DNA from: a virus
Direction: 5' to 3' (one strand)
Length of the DNA stretch: 64,000 nucleotides
IMG/VR virus record: IMGVR_UViG_3300031603_000002
Span: 32,596 to 96,595 of that record
The position numbers and the translations under genes were made by a program. The notes under the pieces were generated by a model that did not search any database, was not told the origin of the DNA, and worked only from the letters and a program-made list of their open reading frames with translations. Positions 21,092 to 31,028 of the stretch are shown here, in pieces (within the stretch, counting starts at the first letter, position 1; the number at the start of each line of letters is the position of its first letter).

Positions 21092-21390
21092 TCTGTCCCG
21101 CTTATTAGGTCACGCGTGTTGACTGTAAAGAGTCTGTCTCTACGAAGGTCATACACTTCTGTTCGCGATCCATCATCGCTTGTGCGTCCCACTTCAATTT
21201 CAGTTCCTGCGAGCAGCCACGCTGTTCGTCCTGATGAGCGATTTTGCAGTCCGCCCTGGTTGAGCCATAAAACATCACCGGTCAGGACTTCGCGACTACC
21301 AGGCCCTAGACCGTAATCTTCGAGCTCTGATTGGTGCAAATCAGCATATTCTCGAATGAGCCTTGTCAGGCCATTTTTTGTCATTTTCAT
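21088..21390 (-). CDS. leader-bearing putative head-internal protein
   Basis: N-term MKMTKNGLTRLIREY; AAGGA SD; ATATTTA at 21414-21420 on the minus strand. Confidence 0.75.
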   Translation of the reverse strand: MKMTKNGLTRLIREYADLHQSELEDYGLGPGSREVLTGDVLWLNQGGLQNRSSGRTAWLLAGTEIEVGRTSDDGSRTEVYDLRRDRLFTVNTRDLISGTE

Positions 21391-21521
21391 AGGTTATCCT
21401 TTTCTTCTTTCTATAAATATCTGCACAACACACCAGCGAAAATAAACATGTAAATACGGGTTTGCTTTCCTATTATTTATGCATACGAACGTGTCGGAGT
21501 TAGGCACCAAAGAGGCAATAA

Positions 21522-22967
21522 GTGGCGGAATCGAAAAACAACTTCATGCAGAACATCATCGACAACGCAAACAATGTACCATATTTTGCCCAACATGGAA
21601 AATCATTTCAAGAGAAAATCTTTCAGGGCCTAATTTTTGACATTCCATGGGCATCTCAAATGGTTGAGGTCATGCGCCCGAACTTTTTTGATGTTGAGTA
21701 TCTCCAGTTTCTAACTGAAAAATACTTCATGTATCACCAGAAATACAAGTGCTTTCCGACATTGGGTTTACTCGTCAACGTCATCCGCGATGAGTTGTCC
21801 GACGGCGAAGATGACATTCTACGTGACCAAATTATCGAGTTCTTGCTTCGTGTCAAGGCCAACCGCAACCCAGGAGACATCGCTTACGTCAAAGATAAAT
21901 CGCTAGACTTCTGTAAGCGACAAGCATTCAAGGCTGCGTTGGAAAAGTCTGTCACGTTGATTGAGGGCGATGGGTTCGAAGAAGTCATGGTGTTGATGAA
22001 GGACGCTATTTCGTTGGGAATGCCTCACACAGTCGGCCATGATTTTTTTGAAGATATCGAAGCGAGGTTTCTGAAAATAAACAGAAACGCTATCCCAACA
22101 GGATTTCCAATCCTAGATGCGAAGGACATACTCAGCGGTGGTCTCGGAAGAGGCGAAATTGGAATTATCGTTGCCAACACAGGCGTGGGAAAATCACATT
22201 GGCTTGTTGCATTGGGCGCAAATGCAATGCGTGCGAAAAAGAATGTACTGCATTATACATTCGAACTGTCAGAAACTAAAGTCGGAATCAGATATGACAG
22301 CAATTTATGCGGAATACCTTCAAATGATGTACAGGACAATATTGAATTAGTCAAGGGTGTATACGACAAAAAGGGTCTCGGACGACTAATCATCAAAGAG
22401 TACCCGACAGGAAGCGCGACAGTTCAAACGTTGCGCAACCACATCGAAAAACTCGCGATGAAAGGCTTCAAACCTGACATCGTCCTCGTAGACTATGCTG
22501 ACATCATGCGGTCAGACAGGAAATCGAGCGAGCTTCGACATGAGCTAAAATTCATTTATGAAGAACTAAGAAACCTTGCCATGGAATTAGACATTCCAGT
22601 TTGGACAGCATCACAAGCGAACAAAGACAGCGCGCAATCGGACGTCGTAGGCCTCGAAAACATGTCAGAGGCATATGGCAAAGCCATGGTTGCAGACGTT
22701 GTCATAAGCATATCAAGAAAAGCAGCCGAAAAAGATCTCGGCGTTGGGCGTCTTTTCATTGCAAAAAACAGAGCAGGAAGAGATGGCATACTTTTTCCAA
22801 TCTCAATTGACACAGCAATGTCAATGTTTGAAATACTTGATGACAAGTCTTTAACATTGTCAGAAACAATAAGACAATCAGACAGCAGCGCAAAAGCAAC
22901 ACTAATGGATGCGTGGAAAAAAGTAAAAAGTGACGGCGAGCCGTGGAAGACAGAAGGAGTGAATTGA
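21522..22967 (+). CDS. DnaB-like replicative helicase (gp41-like)
   Basis: ANTGVGKS Walker A, YTFELSE, IKEYPTG, LVDYAD, WTASQ, KNRAG. Confidence 0.9.
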   Translation: MAESKNNFMQNIIDNANNVPYFAQHGKSFQEKIFQGLIFDIPWASQMVEVMRPNFFDVEYLQFLTEKYFMYHQKYKCFPTLGLLVNVIRDELSDGEDDILRDQIIEFLLRVKANRNPGDIAYVKDKSLDFCKRQAFKAALEKSVTLIEGDGFEEVMVLMKDAISLGMPHTVGHDFFEDIEARFLKINRNAIPTGFPILDAKDILSGGLGRGEIGIIVANTGVGKSHWLVALGANAMRAKKNVLHYTFELSETKVGIRYDSNLCGIPSNDVQDNIELVKGVYDKKGLGRLIIKEYPTGSATVQTLRNHIEKLAMKGFKPDIVLVDYADIMRSDRKSSELRHELKFIYEELRNLAMELDIPVWTASQANKDSAQSDVVGLENMSEAYGKAMVADVVISISRKAAEKDLGVGRLFIAKNRAGRDGILFPISIDTAMSMFEILDDKSLTLSETIRQSDSSAKATLMDAWKKVKSDGEPWKTEGVN

Positions 22968-22969
22968 TA

Positions 22970-25435
22970 ATGTATACGAAAGAGGAGGTGTTAGCAGCAT
23001 CACGAAAATATTTCAGCGGTGATGAGCTTGCTGCAACGGTCTTTACGACCAAATATGCGCTGACAGACAAATATGGTGCCATCTGGGAAAACACGCCAGA
23101 TGGTATGCATCAACGATTAGCAAAAGAATTCGCAAGAATCGAAAGAAAATATCCCAACCCAATGAATGAATCTGAAATATTCAGGTTGCTTTCATCATGG
23201 GAGGTTGTTCCACAAGGTTCACCGATGTCAGGCATTGGAAACGACCACCAGCTCCAGTCACTTTCAAACTGTTTCGTCATTGGTGCTCCAGAGGATTCAT
23301 ACGCAGGCATTCTCCACACAGATCAGCAGCAAGTCCAGATAATGAAGCGTCGTGGGGGCGTTGGGTTTGACATTTCAAACCTTCGACCGAAGGGAATGGT
23401 TACATCCAATGCAGCCAGGACAACGGACGGTCTTGCAATCTTCATGGAACGCTTCTCCAACTCGACAAGAGAAGTTGCTCAAGGAGGGCGGCGTGGTGCA
23501 CTGATGATTTCAATCGATATTCGCCACCCTGAGATCGAAACATTCATCAACATTAAGCGAAACCTCGATAAAGTCACCGGCGCCAATATTTCAATTCGCC
23601 TAACAGATGAGTTCATGCTGGCAGCAGCCAGCAACAAGAATTACACACAACAATGGCCAGTAGACTCAGCTAATCCTGAATGTGCAAAATCTGTCAGCGC
23701 CCGAAAAATCTGGGACATGATTATTGATTCGGCATGGACAATGGCTGAGCCGGGTGTTCTGTTCTGGGACAACGTAATTAAGAGCTCAATTCCAGATTGC
23801 TACGCCGACTTGGGTTTCAAAACAGAATCATGCAACCCGTGTGCGGAGCTGGTTCTTTGTCGAGATGATAGTTGCAGATTGTTGCTCATCAACCTCGCCA
23901 AGTTCATCAAGGGCGCATTCACCGGTAATGCTCGCTTCGAGTGGGACCGTTTTTCAAAGGTGGTCCAGCAATCGCAACGTCTCATGGACGACCTGATTGA
24001 TTTGGAGATTGAAAGCGTTGACAAAATCATCGCCAAAATCAAGGCTGATCCAGAGGATGAAAGTGTCAAGGCTATTGAGTTAGATTTGTGGGAGCGAATC
24101 AAGAAGAAGGCACTCCTGGGACGAAGAACAGGATTGGGTGTCACCGCAGTTGGTGACGCTGTTGCAATGCTGGGCGTGAAATACGGATCCAACAAATCGA
24201 TCAAGGTCATCGGGGAAATCTACAAGGCACTTGGTGTTAATGCTCACATCTCATCATGCAAGCTGGCCAAAGAGCGTGGCGCATTTCCGATTTTCGATGC
24301 AGCACGTGAAACAGATCTTCCGTACTTGGTACGACTATTGGCTTCAAACAAAGAGCTTGCCAGCTTGTACAAGAAATATGGTCGCAGAAATATTGCGTTG
24401 ACAACAACAGCGCCGGCGGGTTCTGTTTCGACAATGACACAGACAACTTCAGGGATCGAGCCGGTCTTCATGCTCAAGTACCGCCGCCGAAGGAAAATCA
24501 CCCATGGGGAGAATCTCAAGGCTGATTTTGTTGATGCGATGGGTGATGAGTGGGTCGAGTACGATGTTTACCATCACATGCTTAAAAAGTGGATGGATGT
24601 GACAGGTGACGACAACATCGAGAACTCACCGTATTGGGGCGCAACGGCTCCTGAGTTGGATTGGGTACAACGTGTGAAAATCCAAGCAGAGGCCCAGAAG
24701 TGGGTTGACCATGGAATTTCGTCGACGTGCAATCTACCAGCAGACGTTTCAAAGGAAACAGTTCGCAAGATTTACGAGGCTGCCTGGAAATCAGGATGTA
24801 AGGGTTTCACTGTTTATCGAGATGGTTGCCGAACGGGTGTGTTGGTTTCTGCAGATGATAAGAACGATAGTGCACACAAGGACGACTTTTTCCCAGCGGT
24901 CAGCGCCCCGAAACGCCCTGACTCGCTTGAATGTGAGATTCGTCACGCATCGATCAAAGGAGAAAAGTGGGTGATTCTTGTTGGGATGTACAAAGGTCGT
25001 CCCTACGAGTTGATGGCAGGACTTAGTTCCTCAATTGAGATCCCTGGAAAGTATAAGACCGGTCAAATCATCAAGCGCCCACGAAAGACAAAGAACAGCA
25101 TTTACGATTTAAGCTTCGGTGAGGAAGGTTCACAGATTGTTATCAAGGACATTGTGAAAATGTTTGATAATCCGTTGCACGCGGCATTTACTAGAACGAT
25201 CTCATTGGCCCTCAGGCATGGGGCGGATGTTAAATATATTGTTGAACAATTGAATAAATCAGGCGAAATTGATTTCACGAGTTTCAACAAGGTCGTATCA
25301 AGAATCCTAAAGAAATATATCCAGGACGGCGAGGTCGTGAGCGGTTCAAAGGAGTGCGATGCCTGCGGTGACAATGCTCTGGTGTATCAGGAAGGCTGCG
25401 TGACATGTTCATCTTGCGGAAACTCAAAATGTTGA
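22970..25435 (+). CDS. nrdJ: class II (adenosylcobalamin) ribonucleotide reductase
   Basis: SLSNCF, RRGGVG, NPCAE, RRTGLG, TTAPAG, YRDG; TSCPD-like region and C-terminal Zn ribbon; no beta subunit nearby. Confidence 0.9.
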   Translation: MYTKEEVLAASRKYFSGDELAATVFTTKYALTDKYGAIWENTPDGMHQRLAKEFARIERKYPNPMNESEIFRLLSSWEVVPQGSPMSGIGNDHQLQSLSNCFVIGAPEDSYAGILHTDQQQVQIMKRRGGVGFDISNLRPKGMVTSNAARTTDGLAIFMERFSNSTREVAQGGRRGALMISIDIRHPEIETFINIKRNLDKVTGANISIRLTDEFMLAAASNKNYTQQWPVDSANPECAKSVSARKIWDMIIDSAWTMAEPGVLFWDNVIKSSIPDCYADLGFKTESCNPCAELVLCRDDSCRLLLINLAKFIKGAFTGNARFEWDRFSKVVQQSQRLMDDLIDLEIESVDKIIAKIKADPEDESVKAIELDLWERIKKKALLGRRTGLGVTAVGDAVAMLGVKYGSNKSIKVIGEIYKALGVNAHISSCKLAKERGAFPIFDAARETDLPYLVRLLASNKELASLYKKYGRRNIALTTTAPAGSVSTMTQTTSGIEPVFMLKYRRRRKITHGENLKADFVDAMGDEWVEYDVYHHMLKKWMDVTGDDNIENSPYWGATAPELDWVQRVKIQAEAQKWVDHGISSTCNLPADVSKETVRKIYEAAWKSGCKGFTVYRDGCRTGVLVSADDKNDSAHKDDFFPAVSAPKRPDSLECEIRHASIKGEKWVILVGMYKGRPYELMAGLSSSIEIPGKYKTGQIIKRPRKTKNSIYDLSFGEEGSQIVIKDIVKMFDNPLHAAFTRTISLALRHGADVKYIVEQLNKSGEIDFTSFNKVVSRILKKYIQDGEVVSGSKECDACGDNALVYQEGCVTCSSCGNSKC

Positions 25436-25490
25436 GTATATTTTTGTATACATATTGCTAAAGAAACAATGAACGAAGAGAAATCATTGC

Positions 25491-26135
25491 ATGAGAAATA
25501 GAAACAACGACCCAACGTTCAAAAAAATCCTGAACACGATGCTCAATCATACAGAAGAAGTCGTCCGGAATACAGCGAAATACATTAGAAAACGGGGCAC
25601 GCCCGTGTATGTCGTCGGTGAAGATGTCACCCCTGAGATCCCATACATCATTAATGGGATCAAATCCGCATACCAACTAACATACAAAGATTTGATTCCG
25701 TTTTCTGGTGCGACGCTGTGCAATGAAATATTTCTATCTAAAGCGCTGTTTCACCAAAACGACAGCTTCAAAGTGGAAGATTTGAAACATGTGATCTGCG
25801 ACGACGGCTATAAAATAGATCCTGTTATCGAGCTACAAACGATTGCAGTAATCGTCCACGAGGTAAACCACATAATAAACAGACAATATGTCACAGGCTC
25901 TCACTTCACACCAACATTTGAAGATTACGTTGTGTCTTTCGATGCAAAATCAAAATATGAACAGGCTCAACTCAGGGCAAAAGACGAATATCACGCATAC
26001 TCTTCAGCACAGGGTGTACTTTACGGGATGTCAGACAACAACATCAAAAAAACAATCCGTCGGGAAGCCCTTTGGGGGTGTGCAATTGATGAATCAAGTT
26101 TTGCCTTTGACTGGAACACAACAAATGAACGATAA
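25491..26135 (+). CDS. hypothetical protein with HExxH motif
   Basis: IVHEVNH...DEYHAY. Confidence 0.55.
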   Translation: MRNRNNDPTFKKILNTMLNHTEEVVRNTAKYIRKRGTPVYVVGEDVTPEIPYIINGIKSAYQLTYKDLIPFSGATLCNEIFLSKALFHQNDSFKVEDLKHVICDDGYKIDPVIELQTIAVIVHEVNHIINRQYVTGSHFTPTFEDYVVSFDAKSKYEQAQLRAKDEYHAYSSAQGVLYGMSDNNIKKTIRREALWGCAIDESSFAFDWNTTNER

Positions 26136-26316
26136 AGAAGTACGAAAAGAGCTCGAGCACATCATGGGCAAAATATCCATAAAAGACCAGCTTCTTGCGT
26201 GGCACAGAAAAACCCATGATGACTATGAAGGGTTCGACAATTACAACGATTACATCAAGTACGGTGGAATGTTTGTGCCAGTCGAACCACCGAAAAAACA
26301 GGAGGAAACGAAATGA
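26125..26316 (+). CDS. hypothetical protein
   Basis: overlap-coupled short ORF. Confidence 0.5.
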   Translation: MNDKEVRKELEHIMGKISIKDQLLAWHRKTHDDYEGFDNYNDYIKYGGMFVPVEPPKKQEETK

Positions 26317-26864
26317 ACACAGAAGAAGAAAATGAAGCCCTTAGGGTTGAAGAAGCGCGACTAGTCAAAGAGCTCAAAGAGTTTTCAGACTTGGCCGCAG
26401 CAGAAGAGGCGAAAGATAGGGCGGCGTTTGAATCAGGCGATGAGAAGTATAAACTGATCGCAGCATGCGAATATGGCGAGCATTGCCTGGAGATTGTTCC
26501 GCCTCCAAGAACGTCACGCCTTGTATACCTGACAGAAAAAGAGTCTGATGAAGCGATAAAATCAGGTAAGATCTCAGCGTGTACTACGCCAGACGGTAAG
26601 TACATCGATGCAACTGTAGACGATGACCTGGAAAAGTTTCAACAATTGGTTGATGAACTCTTTGGGCATGTATATTCAATGGGCCGTAACCTTGGAATGG
26701 GTAACCGTGATCGTAAACTTGAGGCTCACGAACTTATGGCCGCTCTTGACGGCACACGTAACCTAGGTCGCGATCTTGCGGATGACATCATGGAAAAACG
26801 CGGAGATTTCAGCGAGTTGTGCAGTCGGATTTTAGGTTGGGGTTGGTTTGAAGCCGGAAAGTAA
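26313..26864 (+). CDS. hypothetical protein
   Basis: GGAGG SD, 183 aa. Confidence 0.7.
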   Translation: MNTEEENEALRVEEARLVKELKEFSDLAAAEEAKDRAAFESGDEKYKLIAACEYGEHCLEIVPPPRTSRLVYLTEKESDEAIKSGKISACTTPDGKYIDATVDDDLEKFQQLVDELFGHVYSMGRNLGMGNRDRKLEAHELMAALDGTRNLGRDLADDIMEKRGDFSELCSRILGWGWFEAGK

Positions 26865-26913
26865 ATGAACACCTGACGCTCATCCCATATAATGTAAGCA
26901 AGAAAGGGGTGCT

Positions 26914-27126
26914 ATGGTTGCCAGGTATACAACGAAATTTGTGTATATTGTGATGTATACGACATTCACGAAGGATGGATTTCCTGAAACGAAAATCCTC
27001 CGCGTTTGCAAGAATGAAGACGCAGCAATCCGCTTTAGTAAGAAGTGTCAATGGGGTGTACCTGAACACGCCGCGAATTACTCCGTAGACACGCACATGG
27101 TATATGATGAAACGTATGATGAATAA
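26914..27126 (+). CDS. hypothetical protein
   Basis: TGAACA-16-TATAAT at 26866-26893 and GGGG SD upstream. Confidence 0.55.
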   Translation: MVARYTTKFVYIVMYTTFTKDGFPETKILRVCKNEDAAIRFSKKCQWGVPEHAANYSVDTHMVYDETYDE

Positions 27127-27336
27127 GCGCCGAGTCTACGAAATAGACATCAATGAAATCCCCAGCCGCTACGACATATTATCATACATGGAAGGTGTGT
27201 CCCCATGCAATGCGCTTGGTGAAAGAAGCCGATGAAGCAGAGCAAAATAAAGAATACGAAGATGCATGCGACCGACTAGATGAACTTTCAAGAAACAGAG
27301 GCTGGAATGATCCAACCGCAAACACACCGGATTACA

Positions 27337-28194
27337 ATGGCGAATAAGACAATTTTCAAATATGCTGGTAATAAAGCCAAAGTTATGGCCAAGATTTCCC
27401 CGTATTTCAAGTGGGATGGTGTGACGGCATACTTCGAACCCTTCTGTGGGACATTAGGCTCAGCACTCAACGTCGAAATCCCGGAAGAGGTCACGAATGT
27501 GATGCTCTCAGACGAGAACTGGGAAGTTATCAATGTCCATAAAATGTTCATCAGGCAACCCGGGCTCCTCGAAGAAAAAGTGAACGCCCTTCCGTTTGGC
27601 GAAGATGCATACTACGAAATCCGGAACAAGGATCGTGAAGAGGTCCACTTCGAGGAAAGAACGAAAGACATCGACCAGGCAGCCAGAACACTTTATCTGA
27701 ACAAGAATTGTTTCAATGGCCTGATGCGATACAACCCGAAGAAAGGGTATTTCAATGTTCCATGGAACCATGCCAAAAAGAAAGCCGTTGTCAACCTGAC
27801 CGGTAAAGACATGCAATATGCCCGCGATTTCTTGGCATCAGAACGTGTTTGTGTTAAGTGGTTGGGTTTTGAGCAGCATTTCGATGGGTTCGGGAAGGGC
27901 GATTTGGTCTATTGTGACCCGCCGTATATCAGCATCAAAAACCCAAAGCAAGAGTTCGTTGGCTTTGTTGGCAACTTTGATAGGGATAAACAATCTGACC
28001 TTGCAAAGGCGGGAGTTGATGCCCACAAACGTGGCGCTAAGGTTTATATCTCAAATTCTGACTGTCCGGCATCACGCGGCCTTTATGCTTTTTACGGGTA
28101 TAGGATTGTTGAGGTAAAAAATGTCCAAAGAAGCTTGTCGTCCAAGGGCACATCGCGTAAGAAAGTCGGTGAAATCCTCGCAATATTGGACTAA
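27337..28194 (+). CDS. D12-class (Dam-like) DNA adenine methyltransferase
   Basis: KYAGNK, EPFCG, YLNKNCFNGL.RYN, YCDPPY, ISNS. Confidence 0.9.
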   Translation: MANKTIFKYAGNKAKVMAKISPYFKWDGVTAYFEPFCGTLGSALNVEIPEEVTNVMLSDENWEVINVHKMFIRQPGLLEEKVNALPFGEDAYYEIRNKDREEVHFEERTKDIDQAARTLYLNKNCFNGLMRYNPKKGYFNVPWNHAKKKAVVNLTGKDMQYARDFLASERVCVKWLGFEQHFDGFGKGDLVYCDPPYISIKNPKQEFVGFVGNFDRDKQSDLAKAGVDAHKRGAKVYISNSDCPASRGLYAFYGYRIVEVKNVQRSLSSKGTSRKKVGEILAILD

Positions 28195-28197
28195 ACA

Positions 28198-28665
28198 ATG
28201 ACTAACGAAGAAAGATTTGCCAAAGCAAGGGCTCGAATTGGCCCGTCAACTCATCCGGCCCCTCCTAAAGTTTTGCCTCAAATCGGTGAGCCCACCGAGA
28301 ACATCAAGTCAGACGACAAAGTGTTGATACGTCCATTTCCATGGAAACTGAAAGCAGATTGGAGTGGAGGCAGGTATGGTTTCAGGCATCAACCATGCCA
28401 TTATATTTGGCTTAAGGGAACTGTTGTCGACCACGAGTCATTTCCAATCTCCAACGGAGTGTTTGTTCAATTCGACAAGAACCAAAACGAATTTGCCGTT
28501 GCTGAAGACTACGAACGCTGGAATAACTGCCCACTGTTTTTCACATGGGAGCAGGTTTCAAAAGGGATCAAGCATTTGTATACACAACATGGGTTCAAGC
28601 AAGGTGATGTTGTAAGACGTAAAAACGCGGATGAAACTGAAATCAAGGAGAAAAGCGAATGCTAG
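28198..28665 (+). CDS. hypothetical protein
   Basis: tightly packed ORF. Confidence 0.6.
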   Translation: MTNEERFAKARARIGPSTHPAPPKVLPQIGEPTENIKSDDKVLIRPFPWKLKADWSGGRYGFRHQPCHYIWLKGTVVDHESFPISNGVFVQFDKNQNEFAVAEDYERWNNCPLFFTWEQVSKGIKHLYTQHGFKQGDVVRRKNADETEIKEKSEC

Positions 28666-28871
28666 GACCACCTGTTTGCGATAAATGCGAACTGATTATG
28701 CAACCAACGACTGATCAGACATCCCCTGATATTCATCATTATGTCTGCCCAAAATGCACGACCCAAAACTGTCACACGTTCAGCAATCGACCAATACTAA
28801 CACGTCAAAACTATCGTAAGATTGTGGCTGACACGTTCCACTTTCTGGAGAAGCATGCTGAAGGAAAATGA
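28659..28871 (+). CDS. small Zn-ribbon protein
   Basis: CDKC...CPKC; AGGAG SD. Confidence 0.6.
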   Translation: MLGPPVCDKCELIMQPTTDQTSPDIHHYVCPKCTTQNCHTFSNRPILTRQNYRKIVADTFHFLEKHAEGK

Positions 28872-29187
28872 GTGCCTCGAGGAAGATGAGTTCAAAACCG
28901 GAGATTTGATTTGGACGATAGGAATCAATTCACCGTATATGCAGTATACATCGTTTTCGGCCTTACTCATTGATGCTGAAAACAAAATATTACTTTTCGA
29001 GTGCAAGAAAAAGAAATGGAAAAACCGATTCTACAAAACAGAACAGGAAGCAAAAGACGCGGTCGATGCTAAGCGTCGGAGTATGTATATGAGTGCCAAA
29101 GACATATGTTCTGTTCAGCCTATGACATTACCCAAGAGTGAAATATTTCACCTCCCATATGAATACAAATACAACGAGGATGACTAA
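28855..29187 (+). CDS. SH3-like protein with C-terminal capsid-protein-like (Gol-region) peptide
   Basis: FKTGDLIWTIG...FYKTEQEA scaffold; tail AVDAKRRSMYMSAKDICSVQPMTLPKSEIF resembles gp23; GGAG SD. Confidence 0.65.
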   Translation: MLKENECLEEDEFKTGDLIWTIGINSPYMQYTSFSALLIDAENKILLFECKKKKWKNRFYKTEQEAKDAVDAKRRSMYMSAKDICSVQPMTLPKSEIFHLPYEYKYNEDD

Positions 29188-29479
29188 AGTGCAAAAGTTC
29201 TATACGGTATGGGAAAACACGAATCCTGATGAACTCGAAGACAGCATTATGTCTATCATTTCATATAAAACGCAGACTGAAGTTGCCCAACTGCGAAAAC
29301 AATCGCCGAGAGCGGTCAGCAACAGGCATTGTGAAGCCGATTGGTATTTCAGGCCAGTCGCACCAGATGATGAAACAATCGCCGAAATGTTCGGGGATAA
29401 TTGGAAATATGAAACAGCTGCCGGCTTTAAGACCGACGAGGCTTTCACAGAGTGGAATAGGGGAAAAGAATGTTTGTAA
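29180..29479 (+). CDS. hypothetical protein
   Basis: overlap-coupled ORF. Confidence 0.55.
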   Translation: MTKVQKFYTVWENTNPDELEDSIMSIISYKTQTEVAQLRKQSPRAVSNRHCEADWYFRPVAPDDETIAEMFGDNWKYETAAGFKTDEAFTEWNRGKECL

Positions 29480-30093
29480 AGAAGGTAGTGAGTAACTTGT
29501 TGAAGTCTGAAGCTGCGCTCAAGAACGAGCCAGTGATTGTGTACGTCAACAAGTTTAATGAGGAAGCAGCTAAGAAGTTCTCCGAGGACATGGCAAAAGC
29601 CCAGGGAACCGGTCAACCTGTTATTCCTATCGTTATTGATAGTTATGGTGGCGCTGTATATTCGCTGATGTCCATGGTGTCAGCAATCAAAGCATCAGAA
29701 GTTCCGGTCGCTACAATTGTACTTGGAAAAGCAATGTCGTGTGGTACTGTTTTAGCTTCATGTGGTGCTGAAGGCATGCGATTTTGTTCGCCTGACGCAA
29801 CATATTTGATTCATGATGTTTCGTCATGGGCTGTCGGCAAGGTTGAAGAAATGAAAGTCAGCACCAAAGAATCCGACCGACTAGACAAGAAGTTGTACAC
29901 CCTGATGGCACGTAACTGTGGGCAGAAGGACAATTACTTCAAAAAGCTCAGTCGTAAGAAGAAGGGCGCCGACTGGTTCTTCACACCAAAAGAAGCAAAG
30001 AAGCACAATATGGCAAACCATATCTGCATTCCAAAAATGACAGTCAGCGTCGATGTCAACTTCAAGTTTCACAACTGCGATGAGGGTGAATAA
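29470..30093 (+). CDS. clpP: ClpP-like protease
   Basis: IDSYGG.V, AMSCG (catalytic Ser), YLIHD, DWFFTPKEA. Confidence 0.9.
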   Translation: MFVKKVVSNLLKSEAALKNEPVIVYVNKFNEEAAKKFSEDMAKAQGTGQPVIPIVIDSYGGAVYSLMSMVSAIKASEVPVATIVLGKAMSCGTVLASCGAEGMRFCSPDATYLIHDVSSWAVGKVEEMKVSTKESDRLDKKLYTLMARNCGQKDNYFKKLSRKKKGADWFFTPKEAKKHNMANHICIPKMTVSVDVNFKFHNCDEGE

Positions 30094-30096
30094 GTC

Positions 30097-30513
30097 ATGG
30101 ATATCCCCGGGTTTGAAATTAAGGTAAACGTTCCGCCAAAGCCTCGAAAGCTAAGAACGAAATGGGCCAGCGAACCAATCACGGACACACCCGAGGGGCT
30201 ATCAGAAACTCTGAAAAAAGATACTATAAGAGATATAATATCTCAACAGATAGCTGACGAAATTGATGCTGAGATTGCAGCTGATTTCGCTGAAAAACTT
30301 GGTACACTCCACGTGCGATTTGAGGTCGTCCCGAGAAAGGGTATGATGGTGAATTACTGCCATCCTATGAACGAAGAGAAGATGCCAGGATTGATTCTGC
30401 GCGAATGGGATCCAAACGTCAAGAACTCTGGACAAATCCTGCTTGGTGGTGGAACCAAATTCGCTTTCGCAAGTGATGACAACGCTGAGCAATGGTTCGA
30501 GGAAGTTAAATGA
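30097..30513 (+). CDS. protein with N-terminal capsid-protein-like segment and C-terminal SH3-like domain
   Basis: GFEIKV..PRKLRTKW...IISQQIADEIDAEI resembles the gp23 middle segment. Confidence 0.65.
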   Translation: MDIPGFEIKVNVPPKPRKLRTKWASEPITDTPEGLSETLKKDTIRDIISQQIADEIDAEIAADFAEKLGTLHVRFEVVPRKGMMVNYCHPMNEEKMPGLILREWDPNVKNSGQILLGGGTKFAFASDDNAEQWFEEVK

Positions 30514-30788
30514 ACCCAATGATGCCCAAGAAACCATGGTACAGCGGTCAAGGAATGAGAGTAAACCATGCAAGCGTAAAACTTACGCAGGTCCCGAAAG
30601 CAGGCGATTTGATAAAGTATGTGTTTACGCCTGCAGGTGGGATCGTGAGGTTTGGACTATGTATACAACCACAGATACATGACGGTGTAGGAAGTTTGCT
30701 AATAAATGGCGAAGTCTGGACATTTTCAGATCACCCGACATGTCAGATTGCCTGGTTTGATGTCGTTAACAACAAGGAGATAATATGA
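30510..30788 (+). CDS. SH3-like hypothetical protein
   Basis: VPKAGDLIKY; resembles the C-terminal half of 30097. Confidence 0.6.
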   Translation: MNPMMPKKPWYSGQGMRVNHASVKLTQVPKAGDLIKYVFTPAGGIVRFGLCIQPQIHDGVGSLLINGEVWTFSDHPTCQIAWFDVVNNKEII

Positions 30789-31018
30789 TTAAGAATGAAC
30801 AATGCTATAGGTGCGCTTCACTTCTGGATGAAAAACAAACATGCTCAGGATCTGGATTCACATTGAACTGTGCCTCATGTCATAAATGCCACGGTAAGGG
30901 CGGTAAGCCTATCTGCATCACATGTGGAAAATGCGCGTCGTGCGGAAACTATCGGATTAAGTTTAGGTCGCTCAGCCAAGGCGCTCGCCAACTGAAGATA
31001 AAACGATGCGAATGTTGA
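30785..31018 (+). CDS. Cys-rich Zn-binding protein
   Basis: multiple CxxC; AGGAG SD. Confidence 0.55.
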   Translation: MIKNEQCYRCASLLDEKQTCSGSGFTLNCASCHKCHGKGGKPICITCGKCASCGNYRIKFRSLSQGARQLKIKRCEC

Positions 31019-31028
31019 TGGCGATATA

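Noticed and set aside
27119-27347. Two overlapping short ORFs suggesting a frameshifted gene
   Set aside because: No motif or clear slippery site to decide which frame is real.
27337-28194. Dam-like MTase as part of a restriction-modification system
   Set aside because: No adjacent restriction nuclease; orphan MTases are common in phages.
30325-30357. VPRKGMMVNY as a fourth capsid fragment (F.P..G..TRY-like)
   Set aside because: Equally explained as the PK.GD.V start of the SH3-like scaffold seen in paralogues; ambiguous.
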